Positions 10,324 to 22,959 of a stretch of 64,000 nucleotides of DNA are shown piece after piece. Both the position numbers and the translations under genes were made by a program. Position 1 is the stretch's first letter. Each line of letters starts with the position of its first letter. The stretch is from Cladosporium halotolerans (taxonomy: Eukaryota): assembly GCF_011745625.1 (NCBI RefSeq), contig NW_027191462.1, positions 1 through 64,000 of the forward strand, read 5' to 3'. The notes beneath the pieces are model-generated. The model did no database searches and was not told the DNA's origin. It worked only from the letters and a program-made list of their open reading frames with translations.

Positions 10324-12573
10324 GGTTGCGGTTCGATGCGGGGGTTGTGTGGGAGGTTGTTGCTAGAGTGAGCAGAGACAGAAGAAAGCTAACGAGAATA
10401 CGAAACAAAGGCTACTTGTCCTTTTGTTCTCCTGGCGAATGCGCAGAGCGTCGTAGTGACGCGTGGAGCCGACGGTTACAAGTGCTCGCATTCAGGCTGA
10501 AGGTGGAGGGGCAAACCCGTCCAGCGTCCAGCGTGGTGGGGTCATGATGTTGTTCGTAGGACAAGGCGGGTCTCGCGCGCCTGCCGGCGTGAAGAACAGC
10601 AGCACAGCAGCCGGGCATTCAGCCTCATTCCGACGCGCAAGAGGGAAAAATTCATGTCGATGGTATCCGCGCCCAAACGCCCACAGAAGGTGTCTTGTCT
10701 CACAGACGCGCGCGCGCCTGCGCCCGTGCTCGCGCAGCATCATCGTCCCCAGCGCAGCTACCAACCCGCCGCCGCTACCTTACCCTAGCACCCAACTCAG
10801 ATTAAAGATTCCCCACGGAGATTCTCGCGGAGATTCATCGCTCGATCACGACACTCCTGTGGATCGAGCAGCAAGCGAGCGAGCGAGCGTCTAGACCGAG
10901 GACCGAGTCCGACAAGCGAGCGCTGACAACTCAACTGATGATTCTCAGCAGATCAGGACAGGACACGAGGTGAATCATGCCGTCGCTGACGCGATCCAGT
11001 ACGTACCTCACGTTACGTCCTGCAACCGCTGGCTCGCCTCCCCGCGCCACGCACCACCTCCAGTTGCAGCTCACGAAGCTCCCCCTCGCAGCACACGCAT
11101 TGGCCGAGCAGCAAAGCTCTGGACAGAAGTCTATCGCTTGCTGATTCACAACGACCATCATCACATGTGATATCGGCTCGACCGTCCTGGTGCCATCAAT
11201 GTCACATCATGCCCGCCCAGTCTACCATTCGCGGCTCGGCGCGACGAGAAACAACCCCCGCCACCACGATCCCCACGATATCCAAAGCGCCCTGCGATCG
11301 CATCGTAAAATCCCATCATCGGCGCTCACTCTCCCCTCCGAGACAACAGCGCGCAAAAGACCGGTAGGCATTGGGCTATAGTACCAGAACCGCACTCACA
11401 AAACGCGGGGAGGCTGGCAGCGCGGCCGGTCCATCTGCAGATACACACGGTACGAGCCAGAAAGCCAGCCGCGAGCCGTGCGCCGAGAAAGGCAGCGCTG
11501 GCGGGCGATCAGGGCTTGTCTTAACGTCTTTTTTCGGTCAGAGGTGGGCTGGGGTTATTGATCAACCCGCGTCGAGCAATTCGATCTGCACGCGCGGGAG
11601 CGCGAGATGTGCAATTGCGACGGGCGGAAACCGTCATGGCGGTTCGCGATTTGCGACGATGGACGATGCATCTCCTTGGGTAGTCCGCGGTCGTTTCTTG
11701 GGGCTTGGGAGCCATTGGCGCCGTTGCGCGAAAATCTGCTCGCCAAGAAAAAGGACGAGAGAGGGGCAGTGTCAATGGCGTGAGCGTGAGCGAGGTCGGG
11801 AAAAAATGCACAAGGTAGGCTGTGTACCAATGATTGGCATTTGGTAGATACAACTCAAATGATCTCGCTTGAACGCTTAGGAGCAATCGAAGTACTCCAA
11901 CAGAGCCAGCCCAAACGAACCTCTAGATGTATAGTAAACCGCACGATGATATCATACAAACCGTCCGCCGGCACCTCCGCATTATTGTTCCCACCAAAGC
12001 CCAGAAGTGAGACGATCTGTGCTGTTGCGACCAGAGAACAAATGACCAAAAAAAAACCCCCTCCGAAGACCCAGAAAGAACCCCGATCGCGCGGACGCGG
12101 CCAGCTTCCGCAAGCAGATCCGCGGTCTTTGTCGTGACTTGTAATGTATAGTAGTTGAGTTTCCTTTTTTTCTGAATTTTTTTCTTTTTCTCTTGCTGCT
12201 AGGGCATGATGTGCAATCAGCGTAAAGCCTCGGCACGCCGAAAACCCAGCAGCGGTATTTGCGCCTAGTTGATAGGTAACGAGCGCGGCCGCTGTGCGCG
12301 GTGGTGGTGGGGTTCAGATTTGCAGCTGGAAATTTCTCGGGGCCGGAGTTAAAGCAGCTCGTTCCGCACTCCGCTCCGCTGCAGCTCCCAGCTCCAGCTC
12401 TCTCGCTCCGCGGAGGGGCCGCGCTGCGAGCCCCAGGTCGAGGTGACCCACTAGCTCGCTCGCTCGCTGGCTCGTCGTCGCTGACGGACGACTGACGGTG
12501 GAGCCCAAGCAGTGGTGTGCTGAGCTCTCGAATAGCTAGGGATTCGTTGCTCTGCGACTGGACACGAGCGCAG

Positions 12574-13686
12574 CTATGTCATGACCTCCTGCTGCTGGAC
12601 GAACTTGCTGAAGTCGAGGTCCATGCCATCGAGGGGCCCGAGGTCGCTCATGTCCGCGAGGCCGTTGGGCGCGAAGGGGTTGCCACCGCCGAGTTGGGCG
12701 GAGTAAGGAAAGAACTGCGGGAAGGAGTCGATGGGCAGCTGCGAGGGGTCCCAAGTTGGGTTCAGCAGGGTGTCGTAGTCGGCTTCCTGCATTGCGTATT
12801 TGTTGCGGTAGGGTTGGGCGGGCTCGTGCATGTCTTGGAGGGCTTGCGCCCATTCGGGTGCGTAGAGCTGCGGGTCGGCGTAAGATGATGATGGCGTTGT
12901 TGTGGGCGGCATTTGCAGCGATGGTCGGGCTGCAATTGAGGGTTGGTTTGCGTGTGATCGTTGCGGCGAGAAAGGCTTCGATACGGAGATGGGGCTCTGC
13001 GTGAGTGGTGACGAGGCGGTGCTGGCGAAGTTGAAGCTGTCCTTGAACATCGATGGCTTGGGCTGGACAGGCGTTTCTTGTCGAGGCGATATCTTTGGTC
13101 GGTCGTTGTGGCTGTGTTCTGAGTCTGAGCTGAACGATCCCCGTCGGTGGGCGAAACCTGCGCCTTCGGCGATCATTCTCGCTTGAAGCTTCTCGGTGTT
13201 CTCTTCGAACGCTTCGTGCTCGCCGCTGTCATCGTGTTTCGGTTCGAGAAGGTCCAATGCCAATAAGATGTCGTGAGTAAGCGGCTGTCCAGTGCTTTCG
13301 TCGAGAGCAGGACCGTCCCAGGCGGAGGCTTTCTGTAATCGGTGATACATTTCCTTCAGACCAGAGACGAGTTGACCTTGTTGTTGTTCGAGCATCTCGA
13401 CATAGCCTTTCGGGTAATGCTTATCATGTGAACGTTTCCGTTCGCTGGGACCAGTCAGCGTCGATGTAAATGATTAAGGTGTCAGTATAACGAACCCAAA
13501 AACGCAGATAGCATTGTCTGCCTTGCACCGAGAGCATGGACTCGACCCGTCGCATTTGCTTTTCTTCAGGCGGCACCTGTCGCAAGCCTTACATACTCGC
13601 TTACGAATGCCTTCAGTCGAATCGTGGGAAGAAGCTCTTGCGGGGTGGGCGTGCTTGTTAATAGGCGACATGGGTGTTGGAGACAT
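12574..13686 (-). CDS. Zn(II)2Cys6 transcription factor (Fcr1-like, no obvious middle homology region)
   Basis: KACDRCRLKKSKCDGSSPCSRCKADNAICVF binuclear cluster. Intron 13495..13445 joins it in frame to GERKRSHDKHYPKGYVEMLEQQQGQLVSGLKEMYHRL (linker plus coiled coil). Acidic/Pro-rich C-terminus. Confidence 0.92.
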
Positions 13687-16600
13687 TGTGAATTGATGAG
13701 TGTGGCGCGGCTCAACCTGAGGGTGAGGACGGCCGAGGGGGATGTCGTTTAAGTAAGTCGATCAGATCCACGACGGATCGATTGACATCAGACCTCAGTT
13801 GCACAAGATGGCTAAGCAGGACGGATGAGACAAGCCGAGGACAGTGCGAAGTACCGACAAAGGGAAGGGACGCAGGTAGGGCTGCCTCATATACATCCGT
13901 CCCTGAGGTGGGCGAGATACTCGCGCACGACCCTTGTTTGTAATGTGCTGATGGAATGGGGAGCGCCCAGAGCGAGGCCCAGCGGATCACGGCGATTGCT
14001 CATGGCCGCATGAATTAGAGTGCCGTCATCTGTAATCGCGCCGTTGACTAGGGTGGGTACCGTAAGTAACGAGGTCCGCGGGAGGTATCGCGGGCGCGGA
14101 GCAGAGGCCACGCAGGCCTGGCATGCGGCGTGCCCTAAACAAGCGCGTGCAGGATCGAAAGGTACGTCGCCGTTATGCGCCCTCAGCAGCCATCGAAGTC
14201 AAAGGGCCGTCGCGGCCGCAGGAGCGTGCTGCGGTACGCTGACCGAGAGGGTGCGGCAAGCTTTGGCGATCTCTGCATAAATCCGAGACCTTGCACTAGC
14301 ATCGGTGGTCCATATCGCCGTAGGGGATACGGTGCGCTACCTACGGCCGAGTCGTCGTCCGAATAGCCGGCTCGTTCATATTTTTTCTGCCTCTGCTCGG
14401 GGTTGAAGACGCTGCCAGCTGATCGACCGCCCGGAGCATCAGGCGAAGTCGGCGGCGCAGAGGCAGGCCATGGCGCCGGTGTCGTGTCTTTGCGTCGGCG
14501 GGGAGCATCGAGGTGCCGCAATGGCTCCAAGAGCTCGTCGAGGCGATTGGCAGGCCACAAGGTTGCTTACGATGCAGCCCGCAGCGGCGGGCGGCGCTGT
14601 GTTTGGGCGCTGCCTGGGAGCGCCATGTCTCTTGGAGTCTTCTGACACGACACGTGCGGCGCTGCCCTGCCCTGCCAGCCCAAGGCCGCCCAAGGTGTCA
14701 AGCCCTCCCCAGCAGCCCCAGCTCGCTCTCGCGCTGCACGCGAAACTCCGCCCTGCGCCCACGCAGCGACACCCTTGGCCTCGCTTTGGCACCGCTTTGG
14801 CACCCGGCACCAAGGAAGGCAGGCTTCAAGGGCTCCGCCGTGCGCGGACGGCGCTCTTCACCACCGCCAGCACAGCCCGCGCTAGGAGACCGCAGAGGGC
14901 ACCGGTGGCAGTGTGACGGCCGCCTCGCGTGCAGCCCACGCGGCCATTCATCTCGCCTCGCTCCCTCCCGCCGCTGCCTTCGCGCTCGCTCGCATCCTCT
15001 CGCACCCGCCGTCCGAGCCTGTTCTGTGATGACAAGGAGCTTGTCGCCGCGCAGCAGTAGTACTGTCACGGCAAGAAGTGCGACCTGCTCAGCCTCGCCC
15101 GTCAGGGAGGGGCCAATGGTCCAGAACGGGCGTGACAGGGTTGATGCTGCTCGCAGACCCTGCGTCGCTGCCCCAAGCCCGCGACCTGCTCAGTAAACAC
15201 ACCAAGTGACACCACCAGGGGACTAAACACACCACCGCCAGGCCACCTCCCCGAGCGGACGGCGGACTCGCACACCGTTGCGCCACTGTTGCGGCCAACG
15301 GCGCACGCAACGCGAGTGGTGTGACTAGCAGACTTCGCAGGGCACGGCGATTAGACTGCGCGGTGAGCCATGTGACACGGCGAGACGGCGAAGTCTGTTG
15401 CTTATGAACCGCTCCCGCGACGCCAGGGCCTGCGCGGAGTTCGGAACGCGGCTACAGACCTGGTCCGGTCGAGGCAGCGAAATGTTCGATAAATAATCCC
15501 AGGGCAAGTTTCTTTGTCCAACGCGGAGTTTGTGGCACGATACACCCGGCTTGCAGCGAGGCTCTCGCCTCTCGCCTGACCGAAGTACTCGACGATCCCC
15601 GCTTCCACGAACCATTGGAATTTTCTAGCCTCGTTTCGTCGCATCGCATTGATGGCCCTTTGAGGCTAACAGTGCGCGAGGTTTCACTTCATCTCGCGTT
15701 CCACCCCCAGGCTCCATACTCCTGCTCCGCCCCGCCTGTGCTCAAGCTGACAAAATCCCCGACCACCCTTGGGCATCAGTCAGCCATGCAGCCTGCCGTC
15801 GACAAATGCGTGACAAACGTTTGTCACTCAGTTCCCAGTTCCAGCTATTCTTGCCTGACTAAAGCACGACTCAGCCAGGCAGGCATCGAGACACAAACGA
15901 TCGCCTGTGATTGTGCTGTTCGTATCGCGCTCGGGGCCGCCTGTGGCCCGCAAATGTACTGCCTCCGCGCGTGTCTGTGCGAGCCTTCAAGCGTACAGGC
16001 ACTCTTGCTGCCTACTGTAATAACAATGAGGTGCCCTGCCTGCCGCACGATTGCGAGGCTGACTACGCGGCCACCAACCCATCGAAACCTTCCCCGCCAA
16101 CCTTTCCAACGTCTGTCTACAGACCCCGGATCCCAGCAGACGTGTCAAAAACGGCCTCACGAGCACTTTTCGGCTCGTCCTGCCACTTGATCGACACCCT
16201 CATTGCCGCGTTCGAATTTGATCACCCCCAAAAGATCATATACTTTCACTTCACTGTACGAACGCTCGCTGCCGAGTCATTGAGCAGGCTCCATCGATAA
16301 GAGCTCCTCAAGTCGGCGTCCTCGGGAATCGGCGTCCTCGCAACCCGGCATCTTCCCAACCCTAAGAAAGCAGAAATCCTTCCAGCAAACCGGCGTTCAA
16401 GCCACCGCCGCCTATCTTAACTCTCGGACTTACCGCCGTTCACCAGAGCTATTGTGCGGTTGGACGTAAGCCGCGCGTGAAACGAGGATGCCCTGCCGGC
16501 GAAGCTTGTACGAGCGATCCGACGACAGTCGACTTGCTGCCCGAGATTGATATGATTCTTTTGCCCTTGTCTTTGCGAGAGCCTAGAACAATCAGTCACA

Positions 16601-17514
16601 ATCTCATCAGTAGTGCTGAGTGATTGATGAGTGATGACCCGAGGAACTGGTAGGTTGAATTCATATTGATCGCTCTCCGCAGTCGCTTTCGCACCCCCGT
16701 CCCTGGCCAGACACGGCAGTTCGACGGGGAAGTGTCAGCGCCCACTGCTTTCTCAGAGAGGACACAGCCCTGTTTTCTTTGCCTGGTTCCGCGAGGGTTC
16801 CGTTGCTGGGTCGAAGAACGGTATCGACCATGTCGTTCCGTTGTGGATAAAGTCGGCCTTTCAGCCGCTGACTGCGATGGAGAAAACCGCGTGATATAGC
16901 CGCTCAGCCCTATCGTGATCTCCCAGGGCTCAGGGTCTACAATTGTAAGTCCCACCGCGCGATGCCGGTTATGGTCCGATGTCTGGATTGTCAGCGAGGT
17001 GAGTATCGAAGACGCCGGTGGACGTGTGAGCAGTTCTTTGCTCGACGCTGGATTGTGAGCGATTGTGGCCCTCATACTGGCAGGCCTGGGGAAAAGTCCA
17101 TCGGTTCTACGCGTTGGAGACGGAAAGTGTCCGCATCTATATGTCTCATGAGTTGATAATGATTTCGTGAGAGCATGTCATGTTTGCTGATGTCAAGTAG
17201 AAATTTTAGCCCCTGCTCACAGAAGGTAGGCACATGGCCTTCGGAGGGTATCCGAACATCCACGTTCCAATTCGCTGGTGCTCCCCAACACCAATGGCAT
17301 GAGTCGCAGATCTATGGGAATGCAGAAGGCGAACGGCAGAAGTCCGAGAATATGCACAGCGCAGGGAATCTTTGCATTGATCCGCGTCGACGTAGGACGC
17401 ACGCTACCTACGACCCTGCGACTTGGCGTCCATACTCAAGTACTGAACCAGCAGCGAGCATGCCACATATTACTCCACCTAACAACTACTCTATGGCTTG
17501 TACAGACACTATCC

Positions 17515-18756
17515 TCAGCGTGCCTCCATAGGCCACTCCCCACCAAGCCCACACTCCCTTAAAAACGCCTTCGTCTCCGCCTTCGTCATCCCCTCCAGAC
17601 AACCCCCTTCCAACTGCTTCAACACAGGCGCGGGCAGACTCGCCGCCAGACTCCGGAGAAAGTCTAGCAACGTCAACTCAAGTTCGCGAATGGGATGGTC
17701 GGCAGCGACCTGCTCGAGGTGATCGACCAGGCCCGTGGCGATGGGCGTCTGCTCGACCAGCCGCGCAATGTAATCGGCCTTCACGTCCGACCAGCCCGGC
17801 ACTTCTTGCGCGAGGCCGTCTTCGAGCTGGAACATGCGGTTCGTTTCGTCGACGGGGTCTGCGGGGTCGGAATCCATGTCCTCCGGGTCGGCTTTTCCGT
17901 TGTCCTGTACAGGTGTGGTGGCTTTGAAGCCCCATGCGAAAGCTTCATCGATTGCGTCGCTTCCGCTGGCGCCTCGGACTAGGTATTGCTCGAGGCAAGC
18001 TTGCAGCATGTAATCCGCGATGAGGTGCATCAGGGCTGGATTCAGCGTGCTGTTGTTCAGCTCATTCCGCGCGGCGACCATCGACATGAAAGACGGTAGG
18101 GTGTCGAGCATGGAGACACTCGCAGAAGTGCCGTAGAAAGCGTCGTCGTAAGCATCGTCTTCAGCGGGAACGTCAAGGACGTTCAGGATGTGCGCGCGGT
18201 TGGCGTCCAAGTCTGGCCGCGGCAGGGGGAGTTCGTTTTCGAAGTGCGACATGCCGTACTTCAGTGTCGGTACCGAATGGAACCCGCCGATCCAGTCACG
18301 CGCGCGCTCATGGTTTGCGTCCCGCAGCTCGCGCAGCGCTCGTGGCGAGGGGGCGGTCGCGTTGAGAGTCAGGCGCTGGCAGAAAAGGGTCGCGAATTTT
18401 AACAGTAGCAGTCTGAATCGCAATTCCGGGTCGGGTGTGTAACGTGGGTGCTTCGCCTGGAACATCTCCACGAAAGCGTCTACCGAATCTAAGCTGCGCT
18501 GGAGCGATGCTGGATCCTGTCGCTGACGGGTCCGGTTCGCGAGGAGGGCGGTGATGGCTTCATGCGATAAATAGTCTAAGATCATGTGGTCGACCTCGAG
18601 GGATGTGTCGAAGTCTCCGGTCTTGGTGAAAATCGTTGTTTCTTGCGGCGAAATCCTGCGACGCTTTGGCAGGCGGGCCATGTTTCCTCCGTTGCTCTCA
18701 TGAGATGTCGCGAAAGGGTGGGCTCCGTCTCTAAAGGCGTTCCCAGATGAGGACAT
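17515..18756 (-). CDS. Hypothetical protein with basic NLS-like motif and a LisH-like segment
   Basis: Long single ORF with coding-like composition. Start at ATG 18756 or 18681 (MARLPKRRRISP). VDHMILDYL resembles a LisH helix. Function unknown. Confidence 0.75.
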   Translation of the reverse strand: MSSSGNAFRDGAHPFATSHESNGGNMARLPKRRRISPQETTIFTKTGDFDTSLEVDHMILDYLSHEAITALLANRTRQRQDPASLQRSLDSVDAFVEMFQAKHPRYTPDPELRFRLLLLKFATLFCQRLTLNATAPSPRALRELRDANHERARDWIGGFHSVPTLKYGMSHFENELPLPRPDLDANRAHILNVLDVPAEDDAYDDAFYGTSASVSMLDTLPSFMSMVAARNELNNSTLNPALMHLIADYMLQACLEQYLVRGASGSDAIDEAFAWGFKATTPVQDNGKADPEDMDSDPADPVDETNRMFQLEDGLAQEVPGWSDVKADYIARLVEQTPIATGLVDHLEQVAADHPIRELELTLLDFLRSLAASLPAPVLKQLEGGCLEGMTKAETKAFLRECGLGGEWPMEAR

Positions 18757-19510
18757 ATTATCTTTCACGTGACTCGAGGCGCCCGAGCCAGCCCGACAGA
18801 TCCGTTTGCAGCCAGTGTATATTGGGCGCCGTCACGCGTTTCAGGGCGGTATTGAAGGTTTCGCTCGCGGTCCGACGTCAAGGGGCAAGCGTTGGTTCGA
18901 TAGCATGTTGCACATGCAATCACGGGAGTGTGTGATGAATTGGCTTGGCGACAGGTCCTGGCAGTTGGCATGGCATTCACAGGTGTGAGCGTGCAGTGTA
19001 TGGCTTCATGGCTGGGTCGCTTGACGTTGGAGGGCTCGTGTGCCGCGTTTGGGGTTGGACGCGGGATGGCAAGGCTGCCTGACCGAGGCGCGAAAGCAGG
19101 TGACTCGCTGGTCTGTGCCTGGCAGCTTCGCGTGGGCGCAACGGCCCCTTGAGCGTCTGCACACCCTCTTGCAAGAGTCTTTGTACATCCTCGCTCATGT
19201 GGCAAGCGAGGTGGTGTCGGCGAGTGCACAAGCGTGCTGGTCACGGATCGTCCTGTTCTACCAGCGTTGCACTCATTGTCGACTTCCAGGTACCTGAAAC
19301 CTGCCAGGCCACATGTGACAACGTCACAACTTAGACTCAGAGCCTAAGGTCACTCCCGTCATTCCCTCCCTTTCTTGATGGTCCTTCATTAACGGATGGG
19401 TACACAAACATGTTAACAAGTAGTATATAAGAAGGAAGTAGCGGCCATTTCAGCAACGGTACGCATGATACCACCACTACTGTACACGATCCCCCCACAA
19501 CTGACCCGCC

Positions 19511-21247
19511 ATGGCCAGAGCTTTCTTGCACCGCCTGATCGCAGGCGGACTTCTCATATATTCGCTTGCGTCGCCCGCATCTTCCTCACCCTGCACATCA
19601 CTAAGCTCTAACCTCAGCTCTGTTACTTCCACTGCGAGCATTCAGGGCCCAACAGGAAACCTTGGTTCCTCTACGTCGATCACCAGCGTCCCGCTTTCTA
19701 CGAGCAACATCAGCTCCTCTACTCCCACACCCCATACCCAGCTCCCTCCGAGCAACATGTCCTCATCTGCGGGCGGCTACCGTAGCGTAGCCTATTTTGT
19801 CGTAAGTCACATGATTTCGTCTGACCTTCAGCATGCACTGACAGCACCATGACAGAATTGGGCCATCTATGGTCGCAATTATCAGCCGCAGGACATTCCT
19901 GCGGACAAGCTCACTCACGTGCTGTACGCATTCGCCAACGTTCGTCCGGAGTCTGGTGAGGTTTACCTCACCGACAGCTGGTCCGACACCGACAAGCACT
20001 ACCCGACCGATTCATGGAATGATGTTGGCAACAACCTCTACGGATGCTTGAAGCAGCTGTATCTTCACAAGAAGAAGAACCGCGGCCTTAAGCTTCTCCT
20101 CTCGATTGGTGGCTGGACCTATAGCTCGAACTTTGCGGCACCCGCGTCGACGCCGGAAGGGAGGCAGAAATTTGCCCAGAGTGCCGTCGCTCTACTCAAG
20201 GATCTTCCCTTCGACGGGCTGGACATTGACTGGGAGTACCCTAAGTCTCCAGAGGAGGGTGCGAATTTCGTGTCACTTCTTCAGGCCACACGCCAGGAAC
20301 TCGACAAGTACGCTGCTACAGTCCCGTCCAACCCGCGCTTCCTCTTGACGGTCGCCTCGCCGGCAGGCTCCCAGAACTATGTCAACTTCCCGTTCAAGGA
20401 GATGGACCAATACCTGGACTTCTGGAACCTGATGGCCTACGATTTCGCCGGCTCATGGGATAAGGACGCTGGTCACCAGGCCAACCTTTACCCATCAAAG
20501 GATAATCCGAAATCTACCCCGTTCAGCGCCGAAGACCCCATCAAGTACTACATCAGCCATGGTGTACCGGCGAACAAGATTGTCATGGGAATGCCGCTGT
20601 ACGGCCGTGACTTCAAGAATACCGACGGCCCCGGAAAGCCGTTCGCCGACGTTGGGGAGGGTAGCTGGGAGAAGGGTGTCTGGGATTACAAGGTAAGCAT
20701 CTTTCGTTGTTTGTTTGCCCTTTTACTTTGATGACAAGAGCAATCGCCATAGCTGCGAAAGCCCTGTTAGAAGCCCTCCATGTGGTTTCTTCGATGCTAT
20801 TTGCAAACACGCAATACGCAGCAATGGGCGCTTTTTAACTTGATCTAATCTGACATCTGCCAATACTCCCTTGAGTCGAACTGCCAGATAGCGTAGCAAC
20901 ACCTCACTAACAATTTCCCACAGGCTCTCCCTCGGCCCGGCGCCCAAATCTACTACGACGACCAGGCCGTCGCGTCCTGGAGCTACGACCCTTCCTCTCG
21001 CGTCATGGTCTCCTACGACACGCCACAGGTGGCGACCCAGAAGGTCCAGTACATCCAGAACACCGGCCTGGGCGGCGCGATGTGGTGGGAGCTTTCGGGC
21101 GATAAGGCGGGAAACGACAGTCTGGTCAGCCTCACTGTGCAGGGCCTCGGCGGCTCCCAGAAGAAGAGCATGGAGCAAAGCCAGAACTGCCTGGACTACC
21201 CGCAGAGTAAGTACGACAATCTGAAGGCGGGCATGCCGAACAACTAG
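19511..21247 (+). CDS. GH18 chitinase
   Basis: Exons 19511-19801, 19856-20692, 20924-21247. Motifs [27 protein letters not shown], catalytic [38 protein letters not shown] at ~19424. Confidence 0.96.
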
Positions 21248-21427
21248 ACGTGGAATTGTGAACCAGACACGGGTAGGCGTTTGACACGCTGCCCATACAT
21301 GCATCAGGATACAGATAGCTAGCATCGGACGGGCCGGTCCCGTCCTGCCTCATTTACACAAAGGCGTTAACGGTTTAGAACTCAATCCGTCTCACTACTG
21401 CTCAAAATCTATAACGTGCCCTGTACC

Positions 21428-22783
21428 CTACCTCCCCAACGGCCCAACAATACTCCCCACCATAACCGCCGCCTCCCTTTCCCAATTCCTCCTCGTCCGC
21501 CCCTCCTCGCTGCCCCCTCTCAGCCCCGAAACCTGCGGCAGCCTGCTGCCCCTGTCCACGCACTCCCGCACCGCTTCCCTGACCTTATCACGGTTCGACC
21601 GCAGCGTGCGCGCGCTCACGCCCCCACGATTGAGGATTTCCTGCACGCGGCTCGACAGCTGGTTCGCCAGCGAGCGCCAGAAGTACGACGGCAGCGAGGA
21701 CGTGTCGAGGTGCCGGAGCAGGGGGTCGAGGAAGTTCGATGTCGGCGCGGTTGGGTCTGGGGACGCGAGCAGGGGGTGCGCGGGCGCGTGGGTGGCCGAG
21801 AGCAGCGCTTCGAGCGCGACGATGTTTTGACAGCGCGCGGCGATCTCGAGGAGGGTTCGGTCGAGAGTAGGGAGGGTTGCGAGGGCGCGGGCGAGGGAGG
21901 CGAGGGAGCTGGTTAGGGCTGTTTGGAGGTAGGTTTGAAGCGCGTTGATGAGGAGGGTCGGGGTGAAGGTTTCGGGGCTGGCGGAGGGTTTGGCGGGCGA
22001 GAGGAGGTAGAGGGTGTGCAGGGCGTGCGTGGCGCGCGACTTGGTGTCTTCGGTTTCTTTGTAGGTGCCTACTGTCGTGTTGGTTTGGCTGCCGGCGCCG
22101 GAGGCGAGGGAGGACATGCTGAACTCGCGGACGGTCTGCTGGGCGCGAGAGAGGAGGGTGCGCTCGGAGGGGTTGACGACTTCGTTGCGGAGTGTTGTCA
22201 CCAGTTGTACCCTGCCCATGCCCTCGGCCTCCTCTCCCTTGCCCGTCGCCGCGAACAGCTCCCTCAGGCCCAGCAGCGCATGGGCAGCAGGCACCATGCT
22301 CTTCTCCCCACCCCTCCCATGCGGCGCAGACACCTCTTCTACCAGACCCTGCAGCTGCCTGCCCAGCACAAGCGCACGCTGCACGCTCCTCCCAAGCCTA
22401 AGCGTCTTCACCATGCGCTCCGCCGCAAGTCTGACCTGCTCCGCCTGCTCCCAGCGCTCTCCGACTTCCCTCTCCAGCCTCTCATAGCTCTCCCTCAGAC
22501 TGCCCACCTGCGTCTCCAGCTCTTCAAGGACGTGCCCGCTCGCCTGCGCCTGTGTCTGCGTGTGCGCGACGATGCTGTCGGCGTTCTTTGTCGTGAGCGC
22601 GTCGATGCGCGTATCTACTTCCTGAACGTCGAAGAGGACACGCGAGAGCGGCGTGGAAAGGTCCAGGGGCGTGTCGGAGGCATTGTTGGTCGCGTGAATG
22701 AGGGTGTTGGCGTAGGAGGTGGGAGAGAAGTCGGGTGCGAGTAGGGTTGTTGTGTCTAGGTAGGATTGGTCGGTGGAAATCAT
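21428..22783 (-). CDS. COG5: Conserved oligomeric Golgi complex subunit 5
   Basis: 451 aa ORF. N-terminal DFSPTSYANTLI...PLDLSTPLSRVLFDVQEVD and C-terminal NWEREAAVMVGS are as in fungal Cog5. Confidence 0.85.
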   Translation of the reverse strand: MISTDQSYLDTTTLLAPDFSPTSYANTLIHATNNASDTPLDLSTPLSRVLFDVQEVDTRIDALTTKNADSIVAHTQTQAQASGHVLEELETQVGSLRESYERLEREVGERWEQAEQVRLAAERMVKTLRLGRSVQRALVLGRQLQGLVEEVSAPHGRGGEKSMVPAAHALLGLRELFAATGKGEEAEGMGRVQLVTTLRNEVVNPSERTLLSRAQQTVREFSMSSLASGAGSQTNTTVGTYKETEDTKSRATHALHTLYLLSPAKPSASPETFTPTLLINALQTYLQTALTSSLASLARALATLPTLDRTLLEIAARCQNIVALEALLSATHAPAHPLLASPDPTAPTSNFLDPLLRHLDTSSLPSYFWRSLANQLSSRVQEILNRGGVSARTLRSNRDKVREAVRECVDRGSRLPQVSGLRGGSEEGRTRRNWEREAAVMVGSIVGPLGR

Positions 22784-22959
22784 GTTTGGCAGGCTGGAGA
22801 GGCTTGTTTGATTTTAGGAGCCCGATCTGATTGGGTTTTGGTCGGGAGGTTTAAAGGACGGAGTCGCGGCGTGGGTGTTGCTTGTGTTCGTTAACGGTAC
22901 GCACAGTAGCTGGCTTCTCGAGTTCGAAGTCCGTCGACGTCGTTGCGGGTATCGTCCTC

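Noticed and set aside
14183..15650. Overlapping Arg/Pro/Ala-rich ORFs upstream of the Zn2Cys6 gene
   Set aside because: Compositional artefacts of GC-rich regulatory DNA, with no consistent frame or splice structure.
20693..20923. Stwintron or hidden microexon in the long chitinase intron
   Set aside because: Internal branch-like CTAAT/CTGAC (~20845-20854) exist, but no downstream AG regenerates a credible donor. Exons 2 and 3 already join in frame (WDYK|ALP).
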